29,227 nt of DNA from NCBI GenBank assembly GCA_044224875.1, contig JBGAJQ010000045.1, positions 14,119-43,345 on the forward strand, written 5' to 3'. Shown piece after piece: positions 20,815 through 28,606 of the stretch (positions are counted from its first letter, which is position 1; each line of letters begins with the position of its first letter). The notes under the pieces were generated by a model. That model made no database searches, had not been told where the DNA came from, and saw only the letters and a list, made by a program, of their open reading frames with translations. The position numbers and the translations under genes were made by a program. This DNA is from Gemmatimonadaceae bacterium (GTDB lineage Bacteria; Gemmatimonadota; Gemmatimonadetes; Gemmatimonadales; Gemmatimonadaceae).

Positions 20815-21133
20815 GGAGGCCTCGAGTCGTGGCGAAGGGAACACGTATCGAGACATTGCACCGTCACGCTCGAACGTGGAAGGGGCGGGCGCGGCCCTGC
20901 GATGACGGAATCGTCGACGGCGCTTCCAGCCTTCTCGGCCCAGGATGGCGACTCTGCGATCTGCGCCGGCGCTCGACCTGGCCCGCCTCGCCTCGTAGCC
21001 ACCCCTGCGCAGGACGACGCGTTGGTGCTCGTGAGCATCCGACGCGCTGCCAGCGTACGTGGGCTGGACCCCCCTGCTAACTTTCCACACTGCGGCCGAA
21101 CCGACGGCTCCATCGACCTCCATTCTCGCCACC

Positions 21134-22045
21134 ATGTCCCACCGCGACTTCCTCGCCATTCCGGACTTCACTACCGCCGAGCTGACGGCGCTGTTCGATC
21201 TTGCCGAGCGCATGCGCACTGGCCGCTATTCCGCAAAGCCGCTGGCCGGAAAGTCCCTGGCGATGATCTTCATGAAGTCGTCCACCCGCACGAGAGTGTC
21301 GTTCGAGGTGGGCGCGTGGCAACTCGGTGGACACGCGCTCTTCCTGTCGCCTCGCGACGTGCAACTGGGGCGTGGGGAACCGATTGCCGATACGGCTCGC
21401 GTGCTCTCCAGGTACGTCGATGGGATCATGATTCGCACGTTCGCGCACGCCGAGGTCGAGGAGTTGGCTCGCTTTGCCACCGTTCCCGTCATCAATGGAC
21501 TCACCGATCTCCTGCATCCCTGCCAGATCCTCGCGGATCTCATGACCGTTAGGCAGCACCTGGGCGATCTGGCCGGCAAGACGATGGCTTGGGTGGGCGA
21601 TGGCAACAACATGGCGAATTCCTGGCTCAACGCGGCGTACCGACTCGGCTTCGAGTTGAAGCTGGCGTGCCCGGAAGGCTACGAGCCGGATGCGGCCATC
21701 CTTGCCCGGGCCAAGACGGCCGCACGCGTCACGCTCGTTCGCGATCCCAGAGAGGCCGTGGAAGGCGCCCATGTGGTGAACACGGATGTGTGGGCCTCCA
21801 TGGGTCAAGAGGAGGAACAGGCCACCCGCGCGCGAGCGTTCGCCGGATACTGCGTCGACGCGGCGCTCATGAACCGTGCACGGCCAGAGGCTATTTTCCT
21901 CCATTGTCTCCCCGCGCATCGCGGCGAAGAGGTCACCGACGAGGTGATCGAAGGCCGGTGGAGCCGGGTCTGGGACGAGGCGGAAAACCGATTGCACATT
22001 CAAAAGGCCATCATGGCGGTACTGATGGGTGGAGAAACGCTCTAA
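21134..22045 (+). CDS. argF: Ornithine carbamoyltransferase
   Basis: Motifs [29 protein letters not shown] and AENRLH. The start is ATG 21134 (MSHRDFL). Confidence 0.97.
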   Translation: MSHRDFLAIPDFTTAELTALFDLAERMRTGRYSAKPLAGKSLAMIFMKSSTRTRVSFEVGAWQLGGHALFLSPRDVQLGRGEPIADTARVLSRYVDGIMIRTFAHAEVEELARFATVPVINGLTDLLHPCQILADLMTVRQHLGDLAGKTMAWVGDGNNMANSWLNAAYRLGFELKLACPEGYEPDAAILARAKTAARVTLVRDPREAVEGAHVVNTDVWASMGQEEEQATRARAFAGYCVDAALMNRARPEAIFLHCLPAHRGEEVTDEVIEGRWSRVWDEAENRLHIQKAIMAVLMGGETL

Positions 22046-22512
22046 TGGTTGCGACCGGACAGAAGGCGCCGGAGTTCACCGTCAGCTCCGACACCGGCGA
22101 GGAAGTCTCGCTCAAGGACTATCGAGGGCGGTGGGTCGTGCTCTTCTTCTACCCGAAGGCCGACACCCCTGGCTGAACCATCGAGGCGTGCGAGTTCCGC
22201 GACGCCGTCCCTCGGTTCGAGGGAGCCAAAGCCGTCATCCTGGGATGCAGCGCCGACAAGGTCTCCAAGCAGGCGCGATTCAAGGCTAAGTATGAATTGC
22301 CCTACACCCTCCTCGCCGACACCGAACACACGGTCTGTGAGGCCTACGGCGTGTGGGGAGAGAAAAAGTTCATGGGCCGCACGTTCATGGGCATCAACCG
22401 GACGACGTTCCTCATCGATCCGAAGGGAAAGATCGCCCACATCTTCGAAAAGGTGTCGCCCGCAGGTCACTCACAGGAGGTGCTCGCGAAACTGCACGAG
22501 TTGGCCGAGTAA
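22045..22512 (+). CDS. bcp: BCP/PrxQ peroxiredoxin, probable selenoprotein (UGA at codon 44)
   Basis: [11 protein letters not shown]...VLFFYPKADTPG-TGA(22174-76)-TIEACEFRD...LPYTLLAD...RTTFLIDPKG in a single frame, 155 aa. TAATG overlap with argF. Confidence 0.92.
22185..22224 (+). promoter_or_regulatory. Candidate bacterial SECIS element(s)
   Basis: Hairpin GGCGU-GCG/AGUUC/CGC-G-ACGCC (22185-22206) has a loop G 18 nt after the UGA. A second perfect stem UCCCUCG/GUU/CGAGGGA lies at 22208-22224. Confidence 0.6.
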
Positions 22513-22543
22513 ACGCGGCGCGCGCTGGTCGCCGCACGTTTTT
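22511..22543 (+). terminator. Probable intrinsic terminator after bcp
   Basis: GCGGCG(22515-20) pairs with CGCCGC(22530-35) and is followed by ACGTTTTT. Confidence 0.5.
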
Positions 22544-22614
22544 CGGGCCTCCCTGACAAATCGACAGCCCCCGTCGTAGTTTGTGTCGGACAACGCCATC
22601 ACCTCCTCAGAGCC

Positions 22615-23730
22615 ATGTCTACCGACACCAGCAGTGCGCCGCTCAAGCGCACGCCTCTCTACGACATCCACGTCGCGCTCGGCGGCAAGATTGTGCCTTT
22701 CGCCGGCTACGAGATGCCTGTGCAATATCCCACCGGCATCACCGCCGAGCATAAGGCTGTCCGCGAACAGGCCGGCCTGTTTGACGTATCGCACATGGGC
22801 GAGTTCATCATTCGTGGACCCGGCGCCATCGACTTCGTCAACTACGTCACGACTAACAACGTGCCAGGTCTGGCGGTTGGGCAGGTGCATTATTCCGGCA
22901 TCCTGAATGATCGCGGCACGTTCGAGGACGACTGCCTGGTCTATCGAGCCGCCGACCATGTGATGATGGTCGTGAACGCATCCAATGCCGCGAAGGATTT
23001 TGCCCACATCTCGCGACAGTTAGGCAGGTTCGATTGCACGCTGACCGACATCAGCGACGACACGGCGCTGCTGGCCCTGCAGGGGCCACTGGCGAAGGAC
23101 ATCCTGGCGCCGCTCACCCCCGTAGATCTCGCGGGCATCAAGTACTACCACTTCACGACGGGGACGGTTGCGGGCGTGCCCGGGGTGATTATTTCGCGCA
23201 CGGGCTACACTGGGGAGGACGGGTTTGAGCTGTACTTCCCCAATGCGCATGCTGAAACGTTGTGGAAGGCGCTTACCAAGGATCCCCGAGTCACGCCCGC
23301 GGGCCTGGGCGCGCGTGATTCGTTGCGGCTGGAGATGGGAATGGCGCTCTACGGAAACGACATCGACGATACCGTCACACCGCTCGAGGCAAACCTGGGG
23401 TGGATCGTGAAGCTGTCCAAGGGAGATTTTGTCGGTCGCGATGCCTTGGTGAAGCAGAAGGCGGAAGGCGTCAAGAAGCGGCTGGTCGCGTTCACGAGTA
23501 GCGAACGTGCGTTCCCACGGCACGGATACCCCGTGGTCCACAAGGGAGTGAGTTCCGGCGTGGTGTGCAGCGGTACCATGAGCCCCACGCTGGGCATCCC
23601 GATCGGCACGTGCTACCTGCCGATCGAAGGAGCGAAGGAAGGCGAGGTGCTGGAGATTGACATTCGCGGAAAGCACGTGCCGTGCACGGTGACCAAGACG
23701 CCGTTCTACAAGCACGGGTCGCACTTATAG
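22615..23730 (+). CDS. gcvT: Glycine cleavage system aminomethyltransferase T
   Basis: Motifs [42 protein letters not shown] and [11 protein letters not shown]. Confidence 0.97.
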   Translation: MSTDTSSAPLKRTPLYDIHVALGGKIVPFAGYEMPVQYPTGITAEHKAVREQAGLFDVSHMGEFIIRGPGAIDFVNYVTTNNVPGLAVGQVHYSGILNDRGTFEDDCLVYRAADHVMMVVNASNAAKDFAHISRQLGRFDCTLTDISDDTALLALQGPLAKDILAPLTPVDLAGIKYYHFTTGTVAGVPGVIISRTGYTGEDGFELYFPNAHAETLWKALTKDPRVTPAGLGARDSLRLEMGMALYGNDIDDTVTPLEANLGWIVKLSKGDFVGRDALVKQKAEGVKKRLVAFTSSERAFPRHGYPVVHKGVSSGVVCSGTMSPTLGIPIGTCYLPIEGAKEGEVLEIDIRGKHVPCTVTKTPFYKHGSHL

Positions 23731-23848
23731 GACGTCGCATGACGGACCTTCGGGCGGGGGGCGTTCACGACGAGAAGGTCAGACGTTCAGCGTCCTGCCG
23801 GGGCGCGGACGTCTCCTGCCCCGTTGTTGTTCCTGACGGGAGGACGTC

Positions 23849-24367
23849 GTGCGCGTAGCCATCTTGACCGTCTCCGACGCCGTATCCCGCGGTCAGCGGG
23901 TGGACGCATCGGGTGACGCTGTGGCGGCGTGGGTCGCTGCTCGTGGTGCCGTGCTGGCGGCGCGTGCCGCCGTAGCCGACGAGTCCGTGGCGATTGTCCG
24001 TCAGCTCCTTCCCTGGTGCGACCAGGATGTGGCCGATCTCGTGCTGACGACCGGTGGCACGGGATTGAGCCCCCGCGACCTTACCCCCGAGGCAACCCGA
24101 GCCGTCATCGAGCGCGAAGCACCGGCGCTCACGGAGCGCTTGCGTGCGGTGGAAGTGACGCGATTTCCGCGGGCGGCATTGTCTCGTGCCACGGCCGGCA
24201 TCCGGCATCGGACGCTCTTGGTCAATCTCCCCGGTTCGCCTAACGGGGTTCGTGACAGCCTGGCGGCGCTGGAGCCCATTGTGGACCATGCCGTCGATAT
24301 CGTGCGTGGGTCGGCGACCGATCATTCGAGCGCCATTCCTCAGCCACCCAATCCACCCGTCCCGTGA
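23849..24367 (+). CDS. mog: MogA/MoaB-family molybdopterin adenylyltransferase
   Basis: Motifs [23 protein letters not shown] and NLPGSP. GTG start follows GGGAGG. Confidence 0.9.
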   Translation: MRVAILTVSDAVSRGQRVDASGDAVAAWVAARGAVLAARAAVADESVAIVRQLLPWCDQDVADLVLTTGGTGLSPRDLTPEATRAVIEREAPALTERLRAVEVTRFPRAALSRATAGIRHRTLLVNLPGSPNGVRDSLAALEPIVDHAVDIVRGSATDHSSAIPQPPNPPVP

Positions 24368-25932
24368 AGGTCCTGATCACGCTCACCGACGTCGAACCCG
24401 CCGTGCGCCTCAACGCGGCGCTCGAGAAGGCCGACGTCGAGACCGCCGTCGTCTCACCGCTCGACGATTTTCGGGGCGCTCTGGCGCGCGAGAAGCCCGA
24501 TGTCGTCGTCATCACCGGCGGATTGTTAGACGCGCATAACGTGGCCATCGCCCGCGACCTCTTGTGGGACGGCATTCCAGTCGTGGGCTTTGCCGATGTG
24601 CGCGACGAATCGATTGACCAGCGCCTCAGGACCATCGGATACACAGACGTCTACTCCAAGCCGATCGTAGTCGATGAAGTGTCTGGCGGGATTCGTCGAC
24701 TGCTCGAGCGACAGCGATTGTCGCGCGTCACCGGGCTGATCGGCGAGTCGGAGGCGATTCGCGAAGTGTTGGTGAAGGTGGAGCAGATTGCGCCGGTTTC
24801 CAGCACCGTGCTGATCGAAGGGGAGAGTGGCACGGGAAAGGAACTTGTGGCACGCGCGATTCACCGGCTGTCACCGCGCCGCAACAAGCCATTCATCGCA
24901 GTGAACGTTGGTGCATTGCCAGAGACATTGTTGGAGAGTGAACTGTTCGGTCATGAAAAAGGTGCGTTCACCGGTGCAGCCGAGCGTCGGTTGGGAAGGT
25001 TTGAGCTGGCTCATGGAGGCACGATCTTCCTCGATGAAATCGGCGAGATACCGCTTTCGACACAGGTGAAGCTCTTGCGCGTGTTGGAGGAGCGTGAGAT
25101 CACGCGCGTTGGCGGCACGCAGACGATTCCCGTGGATGTGCGTGTGGTCACGGCGACGAATGCCCCGCTCCGCGAGAGTGTGGAGCGCGGCACGTTTCGG
25201 TCCGATCTCTATTTCCGGTTGAACGTGCTGAGCATGTACCTGCCGCCGTTGCGCGAGCGCCAGGCCGACATCCCCATTCTCGTTAGGCAGTTTGTTCAGC
25301 AGTTGTCGCGGGAGCACGACCGGCCGTTTCACGGGATCTCGGCGGAGGCCATGCAGCTGCTGACGGATTACAGCTGGCCGGGGAACGTGCGGGAGTTGCG
25401 GAACCTGATCGAGAGCATGGTTGTGCTGTCGCCCGGCCGGGAAATCGGTGCCGCCGATATCCCGGTGCAGCTACGGGAGTCCGGCTTCGGCCGGCACTTG
25501 CCCGTTCATGTCGGACCGATCCTGCGAGAGGAAAGCGGGGCGCAGGGTCGCGAATTGGAGTTCATCGTGCGTAGCCTGGTGGAGCTGAAGCTGCAGGTGG
25601 AGGAGTTGCGGCGCCGGATGGATGACGCGGCAAGCAGTGTGATCACTGGATCGCCGTCTGGAAGCTGGATGCAGGAAATCACTGCTCCGGCAGCGTTACC
25701 GGGGGTGGGAGGGGCCATTGAGCCGCGTGATTCCGCGCCGGCCGCCAACGTCGTAACTGTGCGCCCGGGCATGTCGATGGCGGAGATCGAGCGGGCGGTC
25801 ATTGAGGCGGCTTTGCGAGAGACCCGTGGAAACCGGCGCAAGGCGGCAGAGTTGTTGCAGATAGGGGAGCGGACGCTGTACCGGAAGCTGCGCGAGTACC
25901 AGTTGCCGTTGGACGCGATCGTTCTTGATTAG
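24364..25932 (+). CDS. Sigma54-dependent enhancer-binding protein with an atypical N-terminal receiver-like domain
   Basis: Motifs [47 protein letters not shown] and a C-terminal Fis HTH ([21 protein letters not shown]). GTGA overlap with mog. Confidence 0.93.
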   Translation: MKVLITLTDVEPAVRLNAALEKADVETAVVSPLDDFRGALAREKPDVVVITGGLLDAHNVAIARDLLWDGIPVVGFADVRDESIDQRLRTIGYTDVYSKPIVVDEVSGGIRRLLERQRLSRVTGLIGESEAIREVLVKVEQIAPVSSTVLIEGESGTGKELVARAIHRLSPRRNKPFIAVNVGALPETLLESELFGHEKGAFTGAAERRLGRFELAHGGTIFLDEIGEIPLSTQVKLLRVLEEREITRVGGTQTIPVDVRVVTATNAPLRESVERGTFRSDLYFRLNVLSMYLPPLRERQADIPILVRQFVQQLSREHDRPFHGISAEAMQLLTDYSWPGNVRELRNLIESMVVLSPGREIGAADIPVQLRESGFGRHLPVHVGPILREESGAQGRELEFIVRSLVELKLQVEELRRRMDDAASSVITGSPSGSWMQEITAPAALPGVGGAIEPRDSAPAANVVTVRPGMSMAEIERAVIEAALRETRGNRRKAAELLQIGERTLYRKLREYQLPLDAIVLD

Positions 25933-26083
25933 TACGTTACGGAGCGTAATGTTACGCGCAGGAACGTCGATGGTGACGGAGGCGGGCGGAGAGCTTTGGC
26001 AAGCGTGCTAGATTGTTGACCTGTAAGTAGTTGAGTTTTGGTAGCGAGCGCCAAATCACCCCCACGACCCCAACCATTCGGAC

Positions 26084-26848
26084 ATGGTTCCCCAGCCACA
26101 GGCGTCCCCCCTCATTGCCGGTAGTGTCCTCCCAATCAAGCGGGCCGAGGAGCTGCTCCAGACGCTGCCCGGAGTGATCGCGGTTCGGATCATTGCGAGT
26201 GATACCGGTGCGGTCGATGAAATCCATGTGTTGACATCGTCGGACGTGACGCCGAAGTCGACCGTTCGGAACATCGAGAGCGCGCTGATCGCGCATTTGG
26301 GAATGCGGGTCGACCATCGGAAGATTTCGGTGGCGACGAGTCTGGAGAATCGGAGGCCGCGTCCTGAGCCGAAGGAGGTCCCGAAGGAGCGGGAGAAGGA
26401 GGTCGAGGTCCCGCGTCCAGCGGTGGTGGAGGAGTTGGAGACGCGGCCACGTCGGTTGTTTTGTTTCGCGGATGTTGAGGTACGCCGATCGAGGGTACGA
26501 GGGATCGCGTGCAAGGTTACGCTGACCAAGGGTGAGAAGTCATTCACAGGCGAAGCCGAAGGCATGGAGAACGAGCGGTCTCGCATGGAGTTAGCTGCGC
26601 GAGCGGCGCTGCGTGCGATCTCGGATGGGGAGCCAGGGGCACAGCCCTTGGACATCGCCGGGGCGAAGGTGATCGAGGCGTTCGAGCGTGAATTTGTCTT
26701 CGTTGGAGTCACGGTGCAGCAGGCGCGCGAGTCGGTGTTGCTGACGGGGAGTTGCGAGGTGAAGGATTCTCCGGAGACCGCGAGTGTGCTGGCTGTGCTC
26801 GACGCGACGAATCGGTGGTTGTTGCAGCCGAGGGATGTGACGCGTTAG
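26084..26848 (+). CDS. Hypothetical two-domain alpha/beta protein with a charged linker; the C-terminal domain may resemble the LeuA regulatory fold
   Basis: A 254-aa ORF with a clear beta/alpha pattern (GVIAVRII...EIHVL...PKSTVRNIESAL...DHRKISVA), a PEPKEVPKEREKEVE linker and a C-terminal ...LAARAALRAI...AVLDATNR. Confidence 0.8.
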   Translation: MVPQPQASPLIAGSVLPIKRAEELLQTLPGVIAVRIIASDTGAVDEIHVLTSSDVTPKSTVRNIESALIAHLGMRVDHRKISVATSLENRRPRPEPKEVPKEREKEVEVPRPAVVEELETRPRRLFCFADVEVRRSRVRGIACKVTLTKGEKSFTGEAEGMENERSRMELAARAALRAISDGEPGAQPLDIAGAKVIEAFEREFVFVGVTVQQARESVLLTGSCEVKDSPETASVLAVLDATNRWLLQPRDVTR

Positions 26849-27034
26849 GCGCGGTGGTGCGGGGTGAACGCACAGCACGGGACGACCGACAACACAAACT
26901 GAAAAAATCGAAAAGCCCCCGTTCCCGCTAAAGCGAAGTAGAGCGGGTACGCAGTAGTGGCAGGTGAGCGAAGCCAACCGAACGAGATCGCATACTCCAT
27001 CCGGGTATGACGTCCCCAAGGGAGGTGACGCTTT

Positions 27035-27094
27035 GTGATCTTTGTGATTAGTTGGCTCATGGCAATGTTTGCCGGCCTGATTTCATGGTCGTAG
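27035..27094 (+). CDS. Small hydrophobic peptide MIFVISWLMAMFAGLISWS (19 aa), absent from the ORF track
   Basis: Perfect SD GGGAGGTGA (27020-28), GTG 27035 and TAG 27092-94. The sequence is entirely uncharged and is followed directly by hairpins. Confidence 0.7.
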   Translation: MIFVISWLMAMFAGLISWS

Positions 27095-27143
27095 GGGGAG
27101 CGGGGGCTCTCCACTTTTGGGCGAGCCGGTTGCGCTCGCCCAA
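27095..27143 (+). terminator. Tandem hairpins between the peptide ORF and the HD-GYP gene (attenuator, terminator or mRNA stabiliser)
   Basis: GGGGAGC/GGGG/GCTCTCC (27095-112) followed by ACTTTT, then a perfect 10-bp stem TTGGGCGAGC/GCTCGCCCAA (27117-143). Confidence 0.6.
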
Positions 27144-27253
27144 TGCGCGGCTGCAACTCTCGCCTTAGTCTCATCACCGACTTGCCAACCACCGAAGTCG
27201 CTCCAACTCGTCGCCTTAAGCCTCGGCCGTGGTCGAGGATTACTAGGGCTGGA

Positions 27254-28591
27254 GTGAAGTCGCTAGACGCGGACGCGTCTCGACGGGCGCTGCCGATTGT
27301 TGCATTAACGGCTGGACTGGCTCTAACGTCCCTTATCCTGTTGGTGCTGACGGACCCCGCCACGCTGGGGGCAGGATCGCTTGGGCTGGCCGCGACCCTC
27401 GCCCTTCTAGGGGTTGGTTCGGAGTTCCTGTCGTTCCGGACGTCTAAGGAAGCCGCTGGATCCGCTGCGCTGGTGCCCTACGCCGCAGCGCTGCTCACCT
27501 GGCCGCACAGCACGACGGTGTTGGTCATTGTTGCTATGGAAGCGATAGTGCAGGTGCTTCTTCGGCGGCAGATAATCAAGGCCGTGTTTAACACGAGTCA
27601 GTTCACGCTCGGCTTCGGCGCGGGCGTGTTGGCGTTTCGGTGGGCTGGCGGAACCCCGTTCCCGAACTCTGCTGGGATCGGGTTTTTTGAAACCGCTCAA
27701 TCCCTAATGGTTCCGACCGCTGCGCCCGTCTTTGCCATCTTCTTGGCACATGCGTTAACGGTCAGCGCGGTCATCGCCGTTACAAGTCAGCGCAAGTACT
27801 TCTCTGTGGTGAGTCAGACGCTTCGCGCTTCAGGATCGCTGATCTTCCTTCAGGTGCTTGTGGCCTTTTACCTAACGTGGCTCAGCGCCAACCTCGGGAT
27901 ACTGGGCACGGCGGGAATGGTCATTCCGATGGTTGCCGTACATCAGCTTTTCCGCACAACTACCGAGCTTACAATCGTTACGGAGGAATTGCTCGACTTG
28001 ATGGTGGCCGCAATTGAGGCCCGAGATCCTTACACTTCAGGTCACAGCAAGCGCGTCGCTCAAGCGTCGGAAATCATCGCTCGCTCGCTGGGGCTATCCG
28101 ACGCGCAAATCGAAAGGGTGACCGTTGCTGCGCTCCTTCATGACGTTGGAAAGATCGACGAAGCGTTCGCACCGATTCTTGCGAAGGAGGGGAGGCTGAC
28201 CCCTGAAGAGTGGGAAATAATGAAGAGGCATCCGATTCGTGGTGCCGAGCTTGTATCTATGCTGTCGAGCTTGAAAGACATTGTCCCGTCGGTGCGGCAT
28301 CATCACGAGAACTGGGACGGCACCGGGTATCCGGACGGTCTACGCGGAGCACAGATACCCCTTGCGTCAAGAATCATCATGTTCGCCGACACTCTCGACG
28401 CGATTACGACAGATCGGCCCTATCGGAAAGCGCTTGGGATGGCAGACGCGCGGTCAGAATTTCTCAAGTTCCGCGGAAAGCAATTCGATCCGTCGATTTG
28501 TGAGTGCGTGGTTTCTGAAGAAGTATGGCTGAAGCTCTACCGTTCGTTCGCGCCGCGTGAGGAAGAGGTCCGACAAGCGCTTGTATCGTAG
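27254..28591 (+). CDS. Membrane-bound HD-GYP cyclic-dinucleotide phosphodiesterase with a multi-TM sensor domain
   Basis: About 7-8 hydrophobic segments, then EARDPYTSGHSKRV, LLHDVGK, HPIRG, HHENWDGTGYPDGL, AD and RPYRKA. The start is uncertain: GTG 27254 was chosen, while ATG 27143 overlaps the hairpin. Confidence 0.92.
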   Translation: MKSLDADASRRALPIVALTAGLALTSLILLVLTDPATLGAGSLGLAATLALLGVGSEFLSFRTSKEAAGSAALVPYAAALLTWPHSTTVLVIVAMEAIVQVLLRRQIIKAVFNTSQFTLGFGAGVLAFRWAGGTPFPNSAGIGFFETAQSLMVPTAAPVFAIFLAHALTVSAVIAVTSQRKYFSVVSQTLRASGSLIFLQVLVAFYLTWLSANLGILGTAGMVIPMVAVHQLFRTTTELTIVTEELLDLMVAAIEARDPYTSGHSKRVAQASEIIARSLGLSDAQIERVTVAALLHDVGKIDEAFAPILAKEGRLTPEEWEIMKRHPIRGAELVSMLSSLKDIVPSVRHHHENWDGTGYPDGLRGAQIPLASRIIMFADTLDAITTDRPYRKALGMADARSEFLKFRGKQFDPSICECVVSEEVWLKLYRSFAPREEEVRQALVS

Positions 28592-28606
28592 GACCTCACG
28601 CGAGCT

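Noticed and set aside
22174..22176. bcp as a nonsense pseudogene, or as the separate ORFs 21589-22176 and 22297-22512
   Set aside because: The stop is TGA exactly at the catalytic Cys position, both halves are in one frame and look intact, and SECIS-like hairpins follow, so recoding is more parsimonious.
22513..22614. Glycine riboswitch before gcvT
   Set aside because: The spacer is short and lacks the GGAGA/CCGAAG/CUCAGG core.
25990..26060. Sigma54 -24/-12 promoter (TTGGCAAGCGTGCT; also TGGCAATGTTTGC near 27060)
   Set aside because: The GG-to-GC spacing is 7 and 8 nt rather than the required 10.
26362..26415. Short direct repeats CCGAAGGAG/GAAGGAGGTC
   Set aside because: They encode a low-complexity PEPKEVPKEREKEVE linker and are not a CRISPR array or DNA-level repeat.
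26860..27020. c-di-GMP-I (GEMM) or c-di-GMP-II riboswitch upstream of the HD-GYP gene
   Set aside because: Only fragments resemble it (GCACAG, GAAA, GGGTACGCA). The ordered GGCAAACC-GNRA-GGACGCAAAGC architecture is not present.
27035..27118. Classical Trp attenuator leader
   Set aside because: The two Trp codons are not tandem and the downstream gene is unrelated to Trp metabolism. It is kept only as a minor alternative.
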